Shown: positions 54,215 to 63,392 of the stretch, in pieces
Layout: each line of letters opens with the position of its first letter
How positions within the stretch are numbered: position 1 is the first letter of the stretch
Made by a program: the position numbers and the translations under genes
Source of the DNA: Candidatus Omnitrophota bacterium
Lineage (GTDB): Bacteria > Omnitrophota > Gorgyraeia > Gygaellales > Profunditerraquicolaceae
Reading direction: 5' to 3'
Length of the DNA: 64,000 bases
Assembly: GCA_043812955.1 (NCBI GenBank)
Contig: JBDRLN010000064.1
Coordinates: 326 to 64,325, forward strand
Notes under the pieces: generated by a model
Databases searched by the model: none
Told to the model about the DNA's origin: nothing
Seen by the model: the letters and a program-made list of their open reading frames with translations, nothing else

Positions 54215-55472
54215 TTACATAATCGTGGGCGCCGGCCTCTGCGGACTTACTTTAGCCAAAGGACTTAGCCAGAAAAACAAAAAAGTCCTGGTCTTGGAAC
54301 AGGGTGGCTATATTAAGAAATTTGGCAATTTATTATACGCAGCTTCAATTTACGATAAATTCACTCTATCTAAAAGTAGACAGGGATTTATAATTCTGCG
54401 CTCATTTGGAGTAGGCGGAACAAGCATAGTCAGCTGCGGCAATGCCGTGGAATTTCCTGAGGAAGAAATAAATAAGATAGGTATAGATTTCCGCAGCGAA
54501 TTGGATTCAGCAAAAAAAGAATGCTGCCAAACCACCAAACACCCTATTGGAAAAGCTTCAATGAAGATAATGAAAACTGCTAATCAATTAGGATACGATA
54601 TGCAACCAATGCCCAAACTCGGTTTAGAAAAATGTGTATCTTGTGGCAATTGCATTTTAGGGTGCGGTCATCTGGCAAAATGGACTGCAGCAGAATACCT
54701 CAAAGATATTAATAAACATGATGTTTGTATAATTACCGGTTTTAAAGTCAAAAAGGTATTGAGCTCCGCTGGTAAAGCAATAGGAATAGAAGGAAGCGGT
54801 GGTTTATTCTCAAGTCAAAAATATTTTTCCGATAAAATAATCCTTTCTGCCGGAGGTATCGGTACTCCGATCATATTGCAAAAATCAGGAGTAGAAGAAG
54901 CTGGAAAAAGTCTTTTTGTGGATTTTTTCACCAATATATACGGGATCAATAAAGAATTTAACCAGGCTAAAGAAGTAAGTATGTCGGTGGTCTGCGCAAA
55001 ATTTCACAAGAAAGACGGCTTTATACTTTCACCTTTTATTGACAGTTCAATCGGGCTTTTAGCCTGCGTTGAGATTAAACACGCCGGTTACGCTCTAAAG
55101 CTAAATAGCCTGATGGGATTAATGAATAAAATTAACGATGATAATGTTGGCCGGGTTTATCCCAACGGCGCTGTTGACAAAGCACTCACTCAAAATGACT
55201 GGAAAAAATTAAGAAAAGGCAATGAAATAGCTACAGAAATCCTGATTAAAAGCGGGGTGAATCCTAAGAGTATATTTATTACCTTGCCCAGAGGAGCGCA
55301 TCCCGGAGGAACAGCTGCTATTGGTAAAGTTGTAAATACCAGCTTAGAGACTAAAATAAAAAATCTTTACGTTTGTGATTGCAGTGTATTACCGGAAGCT
55401 CCCGGTTTTCCGCCAATCTTGACCCTGATCGCCATTTCCAAATGGTTTGCTAAGAATGTTTTGTTGAAATAA
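54198..55472 (+). CDS. GMC-family FAD-dependent oxidoreductase-like protein
   Basis: N-terminus DYIIVGAGLCGLTLA (FAD fingerprint); C-terminal GGTAAIGKVVNTSLETKIKNLYVCDCSVLP resembles the GMC C-terminal motif; start at 54198 after RBS GGAGG. Confidence 0.55.
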   Translation: MTGRFDYIIVGAGLCGLTLAKGLSQKNKKVLVLEQGGYIKKFGNLLYAASIYDKFTLSKSRQGFIILRSFGVGGTSIVSCGNAVEFPEEEINKIGIDFRSELDSAKKECCQTTKHPIGKASMKIMKTANQLGYDMQPMPKLGLEKCVSCGNCILGCGHLAKWTAAEYLKDINKHDVCIITGFKVKKVLSSAGKAIGIEGSGGLFSSQKYFSDKIILSAGGIGTPIILQKSGVEEAGKSLFVDFFTNIYGINKEFNQAKEVSMSVVCAKFHKKDGFILSPFIDSSIGLLACVEIKHAGYALKLNSLMGLMNKINDDNVGRVYPNGAVDKALTQNDWKKLRKGNEIATEILIKSGVNPKSIFITLPRGAHPGGTAAIGKVVNTSLETKIKNLYVCDCSVLPEAPGFPPILTLIAISKWFAKNVLLK

Positions 55473-56056
55473 TGAGCATATTAAAATTAATTAAACAAAG
55501 AACAGCGGTTAGAAAGTATAAAAATAAAGCTATTTCTGCTAAAAGAATAGCAAAAATAATAGAGGCTGGAATATGGGGCCCGTCTATTCATGGTATACAA
55601 TCTTGGAAATTCGTAATAGTACATAATAAAAACATAATTAATAAAATTTCGAATATAACGGCTAAAAAATCTAAAAAAATTAATATTCCAACTTTTATTT
55701 CAATTCCGACTATAAAAGCACTCGCCAGTACAGAAATACTCATTTGCATATATAATACCAGAAAATTTAGCTTATTTGCCAGTAGATTAAATAAGTTATA
55801 TAAGAAGAATGCTGAAGTTGCAGAATTATCAGCAATTTCGGCAGCTATTCAGAATATGATTCTTACTGCAGAAGACCTTAAAATTGGGTCGTGTTGGCTA
55901 GATATGCCATTGTTCTGCAAAGAGGATATCAGCCATATAATAAAAGAACCTACAGGAGAATTAGTAGCGCTTTTAACTCTAGGGTATGCTGTCGACACAA
56001 GAAAATATAGAACACCACGTAAAATAACTAAAGAAACAGTTAGGTATCTAAAATAG
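55472..56056 (+). CDS. nitroreductase-family flavoprotein
   Basis: LIKQRTAVRKYKNKAIS N-terminal nitroreductase motif; size ~190 aa. Confidence 0.65.
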   Translation: MSILKLIKQRTAVRKYKNKAISAKRIAKIIEAGIWGPSIHGIQSWKFVIVHNKNIINKISNITAKKSKKINIPTFISIPTIKALASTEILICIYNTRKFSLFASRLNKLYKKNAEVAELSAISAAIQNMILTAEDLKIGSCWLDMPLFCKEDISHIIKEPTGELVALLTLGYAVDTRKYRTPRKITKETVRYLK

Positions 56057-56058
56057 GC

Positions 56059-57513
56059 ATGAATAAGGAGTACGATATAATAATTATTGGGGCTGGAATC
56101 GGCGGACTAACCTGTGGTTGTTATCTGGCGAAGGCTGGCTTAAAGGTTCTAATCGTAGAGCAACATTATAAAGCAGGAGGATATTGCACTTCTTTTGAAA
56201 GGCAGGGGTATAAATTTGATGTTGGAGTACATTATTTCGGAGGAATAAAAAAAGGTATTTTAAGTGTTATCCTTGATGACTTAAATTTAAGAAAAACAAT
56301 AAAGTTTAAACAGTTTAATCCTACCGATAAAATAATTACCCCAAAAGCTACCACATATATTAGGTCTAATCCCAAAGATACTATCCGAGAATTTAAGGAT
56401 AACTTTCCATCGGAAAACATGAACATTGATGCATTCTTTAAATTTATAAAACAAGATAATTTTATTAATATTTACAAAAGAACATCAAAGGTGACTTTTA
56501 ATGATGTCTTGGACGAATTTTTTAAGAACCAGGTTTTAAAAGCTACCTTTAACGTCCTTTTAAGGAATATCGGATTATGCGCCAACGATGCATCGGCCCT
56601 AGCAACAATAATATTCCTGAGAGAATACATACTTGATCCCGGATATTATCCTGAAGGCGGAATACAAAAATTTCCTGAAGCCCTACTCGATAAATTCAGG
56701 GAATATGGCGGAATGGTTATGTTAGCTCAAAAGGTAAATAAAATTATTACCGGGAATAATCAAGTTAGGGGTGTCCGGCTTAAGAACGAAAAAACAATTA
56801 AAGCCAGGTATGTAATTTCAAATGCCGATGTCACTGAAACCTTTGGGGAATTGCTTGATATAAAAACAGAGGAATTAAAAAAAATAAGGAAGTTAGCTAT
56901 TTCACCTTCGGCTTTTATTGTTTACCTTGGCTTAAATGAAGATTTCATAAAGCAGATAAAGGATCCGTGCAATATATGGCCTTTTTCAACTTATAGCCTG
57001 ACCAAATCTCCAATTAATCATAAGAACGACATACTTAAAGGAAAACCATTATTAAGCTTACTTACTTTTCCTCATTCCCATGATTTAACTTATAAAAATC
57101 GGAAAAAACCAACAATGCAATTAATGGGGTTAACTTATTATGAATCAAAAGGATTTTGGGCAAAAAATAGAGACAAACTAACTAATAAATTGATAATAGA
57201 AGCTGAAAAATTATTTCCGTCTTTGAAGAAATATATTGTTATAAAAGAGAGCGCTACACCAATTACCTGTAAAAGATATACTTCAAACAGCTATGGCTCT
57301 GCTTTTGGCTGGGCTTCAACAGTTAAACAAATTAATCCTTTAGCTTCTCCGGCAAAAACCTCTATTAAAGGATTATTTCTCACTGGACATTGGTGTACTG
57401 TGGGAAGCGGACAGGGAGGGATCCCAAAAGTAGCTTTCTCTGGCAGAAGAACAGCTAGTTTAATTTTGAAGGAATGTGCCATAAAGTCGTATTTAAGTGA
57501 CTACCTATTATAA
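56059..57513 (+). CDS. phytoene-desaturase-family (CrtI-like) FAD-dependent oxidoreductase/desaturase
   Basis: YDIIIIGAGIGGLTCGCYLAKAGLKVLIVEQHYKAGGYCTSF dinucleotide-binding motif; amine-oxidase/CrtI-like length. Confidence 0.7.
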   Translation: MNKEYDIIIIGAGIGGLTCGCYLAKAGLKVLIVEQHYKAGGYCTSFERQGYKFDVGVHYFGGIKKGILSVILDDLNLRKTIKFKQFNPTDKIITPKATTYIRSNPKDTIREFKDNFPSENMNIDAFFKFIKQDNFINIYKRTSKVTFNDVLDEFFKNQVLKATFNVLLRNIGLCANDASALATIIFLREYILDPGYYPEGGIQKFPEALLDKFREYGGMVMLAQKVNKIITGNNQVRGVRLKNEKTIKARYVISNADVTETFGELLDIKTEELKKIRKLAISPSAFIVYLGLNEDFIKQIKDPCNIWPFSTYSLTKSPINHKNDILKGKPLLSLLTFPHSHDLTYKNRKKPTMQLMGLTYYESKGFWAKNRDKLTNKLIIEAEKLFPSLKKYIVIKESATPITCKRYTSNSYGSAFGWASTVKQINPLASPAKTSIKGLFLTGHWCTVGSGQGGIPKVAFSGRRTASLILKECAIKSYLSDYLL

Positions 57514-57520
57514 TTAAAAA

Positions 57521-59740
57521 ATGAATATTTATACCAATTCCTCAATTCTCATCTTTTTTTCAAGCATATTACTTCTCATAATTACTTTAATGAAAGGTGG
57601 GGGGAGAAGAATAGCTGGCATATGGTCATTCACAAGCCTAGCAATATCATTTTGGGGATTTGGTGGATATAAATTTTCCACTGCGACTTCGGATAAAGAT
57701 GCATTCTTCTGGTGGCAAATAGCGCATATTGGTGTTATATTTACACCGATTTTATTTTATCATTTTGTCTATGATTTCTTAAAATTAAATAAAAAATATC
57801 AAAAATTATTACTTTATGCCTTATATATAATAGGCTTCTTTTTATTAATACTTAACTTCATACCCTCGCGTAACATATTTCTCGGACAGGTAAGACTTTA
57901 TTTTACACACGATCGGTATTTTATTCATTATTGGCCGGATAATAGAAATATCTTATACTTATTGTTTTATATTTTCTTCTATTGGATTCTACTTATATAT
58001 GCTTTTTTAATTCTCATAAACGCTTACAAAAATTCAAAAGGAATATTGCGTAATCAATTAAAATATTTCATATTAGGTTCTTTAATCGCCTGGGTTGGCC
58101 CTCATGGTGATTACCTACCTGTTTTTGGAATTAACATTTATCCTTATTCAAATTTTTTAATTGGAATTTATCCCTTAATTTTTGTATACGCTATACTTAA
58201 GTATAGGTTAATGGATATTACATTAGCTTTTACTCGCGCTAGCATATTCTTAGTCACATATACTTTAATCTTAGGCATACCATTTGCTGTAGCAACTATT
58301 TTTAAAGATAAACTAATCGCTATATTCGGGGGAAATTGGTGGATTTCTCCTTTAGTATTAATGGGTATTCTAGCTACTGTTGGCCCATTTATTTACATCT
58401 ACCTTAACCGTAAGGCGGAAGAGGCGCTGTTAAGAGAGCAGAAACGCTATCAAAACACCTTAAAGCAGGCTTCAATAGGAATGACCCGGATCCGTAATTT
58501 AAGAAGGCTGCTGGAATTGATCGCCCATATCGTTACCAAAACCGTTAAAATAGCTTACGTAGCAATTTATCTTTATGACCCGGATACCGATGAATATATC
58601 CTGCAAGTCAGCCGGGATAAAGGGAGAATATCTATCCCTAAAGTGCCGGCGGATAACCCTTTAATTAAATGGATAATATTAAAGCGCCAACCCCTAATTT
58701 ACGAAGAAGTTAAACACCAGATGGGAGAAAACAACAAAGAACTATATAAATTACTGGAAGAGAACATGCGGCTTTTAACCGCCTCAGTGATCATTCCCAG
58801 CCTTTTAGAGAAAAAACCAATGGGCTTTATTGTCTTGGGAGATAAGATGTCCGGGCAAATTTATACCCTTGACGATTTAAACGTCTTCCAGGTACTGGCC
58901 AGCCAGGCAGCCCTGGCGATTGAAAACGCTAAATTTATCGAAGAAGCTAAAGAGATGCAGGTTCAAATCGCCCAGGCTGAAAAAATGGCTACTATCGGAA
59001 CTATGGCTGACGGCTTATCGCATCAGATAAATAACCGTTTTTACGCGCTATCATTAATAGCCGGTGATAGTATTGACACTATCAAGCATACCGACATTAC
59101 CAATTGCACTCCGGAGATAAAAGAAATGGTTAACCAGATCAATCACGCCTTAGAACGCATCCAGACTAATGTCGGGCAGGGGAGCGAGGTAGTCAAGGGT
59201 ATCTTAAAATATACCCGCAAAGAAGAAGCGGTATTTGAAGTAATATCCTTAGACCAGGTTATTAACGGCACCCTGGAAATGGTCCAATACAAGGTCAAGC
59301 TATCTGAAATTGATATTATCCGTGATTATCCTATAGACATCCCCAGGTTAAAGGCCAATCTGGTCCAGCTGGAAGAGGTATTTTTTAATTTTGTGGATAA
59401 TGCCTATGATTCCATAGTTGAACGCCGCAATCTGCTAAAAGAACCGGGTTACCGGGGAAAGATTATAATCTCGGCTAAAGCTAATGGGAAAGTATTAGAA
59501 ATCGTAGTCCAGGATAATGGCTTGGGCGTAAAAGAAGAAAACATCAAAAAAGTATTTACCCCGTTTTTTACCACCAAGGTCTCTTCGCGCAAAGGCACCG
59601 GCCTTGGGCTTTACGTAATTAATAAAATCGTCACTGACGGGCATAAAGGTAAAATCAACTTCGCCTCCCAATACAAGGTAGGCACCCGATTTACCCTGGA
59701 ACTGCCGATTAATCAGGATACTCCCGCGTCCACCCCGTAG
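57521..59740 (+). CDS. sensor histidine kinase paralog (7TM-type domain + GAF + HisKA + HATPase)
   Basis: Paralogous to 45753-47960 (e.g. LLREQKRYQNTLKQASIGMTRIRNLRRLLELIAHIV vs LLREQLRYQDILKLAAVDMTRIRNLQKLLDFIAQII); H-box LSHQINN; G-box GTGLGLYV. Confidence 0.85.
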   Translation: MNIYTNSSILIFFSSILLLIITLMKGGGRRIAGIWSFTSLAISFWGFGGYKFSTATSDKDAFFWWQIAHIGVIFTPILFYHFVYDFLKLNKKYQKLLLYALYIIGFFLLILNFIPSRNIFLGQVRLYFTHDRYFIHYWPDNRNILYLLFYIFFYWILLIYAFLILINAYKNSKGILRNQLKYFILGSLIAWVGPHGDYLPVFGINIYPYSNFLIGIYPLIFVYAILKYRLMDITLAFTRASIFLVTYTLILGIPFAVATIFKDKLIAIFGGNWWISPLVLMGILATVGPFIYIYLNRKAEEALLREQKRYQNTLKQASIGMTRIRNLRRLLELIAHIVTKTVKIAYVAIYLYDPDTDEYILQVSRDKGRISIPKVPADNPLIKWIILKRQPLIYEEVKHQMGENNKELYKLLEENMRLLTASVIIPSLLEKKPMGFIVLGDKMSGQIYTLDDLNVFQVLASQAALAIENAKFIEEAKEMQVQIAQAEKMATIGTMADGLSHQINNRFYALSLIAGDSIDTIKHTDITNCTPEIKEMVNQINHALERIQTNVGQGSEVVKGILKYTRKEEAVFEVISLDQVINGTLEMVQYKVKLSEIDIIRDYPIDIPRLKANLVQLEEVFFNFVDNAYDSIVERRNLLKEPGYRGKIIISAKANGKVLEIVVQDNGLGVKEENIKKVFTPFFTTKVSSRKGTGLGLYVINKIVTDGHKGKINFASQYKVGTRFTLELPINQDTPASTP

Positions 59741-59762
59741 GTGGAGTCCACCTACGGGGTGG
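59730..59762. repeat. Family-C hairpin: CCACCCCGTAGGTGG-AGT-CCACCTACGGGGTGG (15-bp stem, 3-nt loop) spanning the histidine kinase stop codon
   Basis: Read directly; same core as the hairpin at 15831-15863. Confidence 0.8.
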
Positions 59763-59873
59763 AATATAGTCAAAGTAATTGACAACCAGGCTAAATAGCG
59801 ATATCTTGTACATCTGTACCCATGATCAAAGTCATAATCTTTGATGTTTTTTTAAAACAGGAGAAGAGCTTAA

Positions 59874-60242
59874 ATGGCAAAGATACTTATTGTTGACGAC
59901 GAGAATGACGTGCTGGAGTTCGCGGCAAATTTCTTCCGCAAGCGCAAGATTGGAGTGGCTGTGGCTACCAGCGGAGAAGAAGCCTTAAGTAAATTAGAGG
60001 CTGAAGCCCCGGATTTAATATTGCTGGACATTCAAATGGGGGGGATCAATGGGATTGAAACCCTGGAACGCCTGCGCCAGATGAATGGTAACATTAAGGT
60101 CATCATGGTTACCGGCAAGGCCCCTATGGCGGACGGGGCGCTGGAAAAATGCCTGAATTTAGGCGCGCTGGCTTATATCCACAAACCACTTAAGTTGGAT
60201 GAACTTGAAAGGGTAGTCCTTAAAACTTTAGGCGCAAAATGA
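59874..60242 (+). CDS. stand-alone response-regulator receiver protein
   Basis: ILIVDDE ... LILLDIQMGGINGIE. Confidence 0.85.
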   Translation: MAKILIVDDENDVLEFAANFFRKRKIGVAVATSGEEALSKLEAEAPDLILLDIQMGGINGIETLERLRQMNGNIKVIMVTGKAPMADGALEKCLNLGALAYIHKPLKLDELERVVLKTLGAK

Positions 60243-61405
60243 ATATCAATTACAAAAAAGAGCTAGAGCTGGCGGCAAAGAATATGATCATGGTCCACGA
60301 ACCCGACTTACTGATCAAGATGATCGCCCGCACTATTGTCCAGAAAGTCGGAATTAAACACGCCGGCATATTACTTCATAATGAAGAAGAGAAGAGTTAT
60401 ATCTTAAACGTCTCCCACGGAGCCAAAGGCATAAAAATCCCGGCGGGTTTTGCCCGCATAGATTATGACAACGCCCTTATCCGGATATTCCAGGAAAACA
60501 AGAAAAATCCCTTCTTGGAAAACGGATCATTTATTTACCATAATGTAAAAAAAGTAATAGCTAATCACAGCTATCCTCCTGAATTCAAAGAACTCTTGAG
60601 TCAGTCATTATATCAAATGGAAATTTTTGATTCCATAGCCTGCATTCCCAGTTATTTTCGGGATGACCTTTTAGGCGTATTGCTTCTGGGAGCAAAAACT
60701 GATAACCAGAATTTTGAACAGGAAGAATTGGATTTTTTTACCGCCCTGGCTTCGGATGTAGCTATGGCTATTCGCAACGCCCAGCTGTTTAAGGAATTGG
60801 AAGGCGAACTGCAAAAAAAACGCCGTTTGTTTATTAATACTACCGTGGCCTTAGCCGCTGCAGTTGACGCCAAAGACCACTATACCCACGGCCATATTAA
60901 CCGGGTAACCGCTATATGCCTAGAGATAGCCAAAGAGCTGAATCAAAAAAATAAAAAAACTTTTGATGAGAAGTTTATGGAAAACTTACATATCGCCAGC
61001 CTCCTGCACGATATCGGAAAGATCGGCATCCCGGAATATATCCTGAATAAAGAAGGCCCATTAAACGAAGAGGAGAGGCAGAAGATAAATGAACACCCGA
61101 TGATCGGAGTTACCATCCTTCAGCCGATAAGTGAACTAGACGAGGCAATAATGGGAGTAAAACACCACCATGAAAGATATGATGGCCTGGGGTATCCCAG
61201 CGGTTTAAAAAAAGAGGAGATCCCTATGATTGCCGCAATAATATCTGTAGCTGACACCTATGACGCCATGACTTCTAATAGGCCATACCGTAAAGCCCTG
61301 GATAAAGATCAAGCCCTGAATGAGATCAAAAACCAGATCGGAAAACAATTTCATCCGTCAATAGCCGCTGTATTCGTCGAACTTTTTAATGAAGGCAAGA
61401 TATAA
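60239..61405 (+). CDS. GAF-domain HD-GYP phosphodiesterase (c-di-GMP hydrolase family)
   Basis: HDIGKIGIP (HD) and HHERYDGLGYP (GYP) motifs; N-terminal GAF-like region. Confidence 0.8.
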   Translation: MNINYKKELELAAKNMIMVHEPDLLIKMIARTIVQKVGIKHAGILLHNEEEKSYILNVSHGAKGIKIPAGFARIDYDNALIRIFQENKKNPFLENGSFIYHNVKKVIANHSYPPEFKELLSQSLYQMEIFDSIACIPSYFRDDLLGVLLLGAKTDNQNFEQEELDFFTALASDVAMAIRNAQLFKELEGELQKKRRLFINTTVALAAAVDAKDHYTHGHINRVTAICLEIAKELNQKNKKTFDEKFMENLHIASLLHDIGKIGIPEYILNKEGPLNEEERQKINEHPMIGVTILQPISELDEAIMGVKHHHERYDGLGYPSGLKKEEIPMIAAIISVADTYDAMTSNRPYRKALDKDQALNEIKNQIGKQFHPSIAAVFVELFNEGKI

Positions 61406-61407
61406 TC

Positions 61408-62523
61408 ATGGCTGGTAAACGCGTCCTCCTCTTACATATCTCCCAGGTATCCGGACATCGCAGCGCCAGCATCGCTATTGAAAAAGCTTTAAGAATATTA
61501 TCCAAAGACACAGAAATCTTAAATCTTAACGCCTTCCGTTACACCAACCCGATCGCTGAGAAATTAATTAACCGCCTTTATATGGCGGTGATCAAGAATA
61601 CTCCTTTAATATGGGATTATCTTTATGACAACCAAAAAGTAGCCAAGAAACTTGATCGCTGGAAAAAATTAGTCCATAAATTTAATAACTCCCGCCTTAA
61701 ACAACTCTTTGATGAATTTAAACCCGATGTAGTCGCCTGCACCCAGGCCTTCCCCTGCGGCATGGTTGCGGATTACAAGTTGACCCATAACTCTAATATA
61801 CCCCTCTTGGCAGTGCTTACTGATTACGCCCCGCACTCCTACTGGATCTATGATAATGTAGATTATTTTATTACCCCAGCGGAAGAGATAAGCCAACGGC
61901 TGATAAATAAGGGGGTTGACCCTAAAAAAATAAAATCATTAGGTATCCCTATTGACCCTAAATTCAATGAACCGATAGATCGTGCTTTAGTCTGGAAAAA
62001 ATTAGGTTTAAACTCAAGCTTACCAACCATTCTGATAATGGGAGGTAGCCATGGTTTAGGCCCGATCACCACTATTATTAAATCCCTGGATAAGGTTAAG
62101 CTTGAAATCCAGGAAATAATCGTAGCCGGGGCAAATAAAAAACTTTACTATTTTCTGGATAAGAAAATCAAAAAACTAAAGAAAAAGATATTGCTTCTGG
62201 GTTTTAGCGATAATATACATGAGCTAATGGGAATCTCGAGCGTAATAATCACCAAGCCGGGAGGAATGAGTCTCTCTGAAGCGCTGGTTAAGAAACTTCC
62301 GATGGTTATCGTTAAACCGCTCCCCGGACAGGAGGCTGCTAACACCGCTTATCTACTTGAAAAAAAAGCTATTATTAAAACCGATAATTTAAAAAAGATA
62401 AACCTGGTAATTAGTAGCCTGTTGGGTGACCCGGAAAAATTAAAAAAGCTCTCAGAATCAGCGGCAAGTATTAGCAAACCTGATTCCAGTTTAGATATTG
62501 CTAAACTAATTTTAAATTTATAA
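61408..62523 (+). CDS. MGDG-synthase/UgtP-like diacylglycerol glycosyltransferase (GT28)
   Basis: N-terminal VLLLHISQVSGHRSASIAIEKAL MGDG_synth motif; C-terminal GT28 domain (KPGGMSLSEAL). Confidence 0.7.
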   Translation: MAGKRVLLLHISQVSGHRSASIAIEKALRILSKDTEILNLNAFRYTNPIAEKLINRLYMAVIKNTPLIWDYLYDNQKVAKKLDRWKKLVHKFNNSRLKQLFDEFKPDVVACTQAFPCGMVADYKLTHNSNIPLLAVLTDYAPHSYWIYDNVDYFITPAEEISQRLINKGVDPKKIKSLGIPIDPKFNEPIDRALVWKKLGLNSSLPTILIMGGSHGLGPITTIIKSLDKVKLEIQEIIVAGANKKLYYFLDKKIKKLKKKILLLGFSDNIHELMGISSVIITKPGGMSLSEALVKKLPMVIVKPLPGQEAANTAYLLEKKAIIKTDNLKKINLVISSLLGDPEKLKKLSESAASISKPDSSLDIAKLILNL

Positions 62524-62534
62524 TTTTTTTTGAT

Positions 62535-63392
62535 ATGTTAAGTTATATCCTATACCGCTTTGCACAATTCATCGCCTTATCCCTGCCGATAAAATTGGCC
62601 TATAGAGTCGCCATTTTTTTTTCCGATATCCACTACCTCTTTGCCGATAAAGACCGGGCCAGGACATATGCCAACCTAAAAGCGATATTCCCGGAAAAGC
62701 CCAGCCAGGAGATTCGGCGTATCCGCTTAGGGATGTTTAGAAATTTTGCCAAATACTTAGTTGATTTTTTCCGTTTCTCCGTAGTAGATGAGGAATTCAT
62801 CAAAAAAAACGTTACCCTGGTAAACATCAATTATCTTAACCAGGTATTAAATAATGGCAAAGGAGGGATTTTATTAAGCGCGCATTTAGGAAATTGGGAA
62901 TTAGGCGGTATAGCGGTTCCTCTTTTAGGCTATCCTACATCAGCGGTCGCTCTCACCCATAAACACATAAAAGTAAATAATTTCTTTGTTTCCCAACGAG
63001 AAAATAAAGGATTAAAAGTAATACCCCTAGGTAAGGCGGTTAAACAGTGCTTAAGCGCAATCGCCTCAAACCAGCTAATTGCCCTAGTGGGAGATAGAGA
63101 TTTCAGCGAAAAAGGGATGATAGTGGATTTCTTTAATAAACCCACCATCTTTCCTGAAGGACCGGCAGTTTTTCATTTAAAAACCGGAGCCCCGATAATC
63201 CCGATATTTATGCTTAGAAATCAGGATGATTCATTCACCTATAAGCTGGAAAAGCCGATTGAGTTTACTCCCACAGGAGACAGGAATAAAGATGTTAAAG
63301 AATTAATTAGCCTTTATAAACTGATATTTGAGGATTATATCCGCAAATATCCTGACCAATGGTATATGTTCCGTCAATTCTGGGTTAAATAA
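62535..63392 (+). CDS. lysophospholipid/lipid-A-type acyltransferase (LpxL/HtrB/MsbB family)
   Basis: Lipid A biosynthesis acyltransferase family fold with HLGNWE (HX4E-like) motif. Confidence 0.7.
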   Translation: MLSYILYRFAQFIALSLPIKLAYRVAIFFSDIHYLFADKDRARTYANLKAIFPEKPSQEIRRIRLGMFRNFAKYLVDFFRFSVVDEEFIKKNVTLVNINYLNQVLNNGKGGILLSAHLGNWELGGIAVPLLGYPTSAVALTHKHIKVNNFFVSQRENKGLKVIPLGKAVKQCLSAIASNQLIALVGDRDFSEKGMIVDFFNKPTIFPEGPAVFHLKTGAPIIPIFMLRNQDDSFTYKLEKPIEFTPTGDRNKDVKELISLYKLIFEDYIRKYPDQWYMFRQFWVK

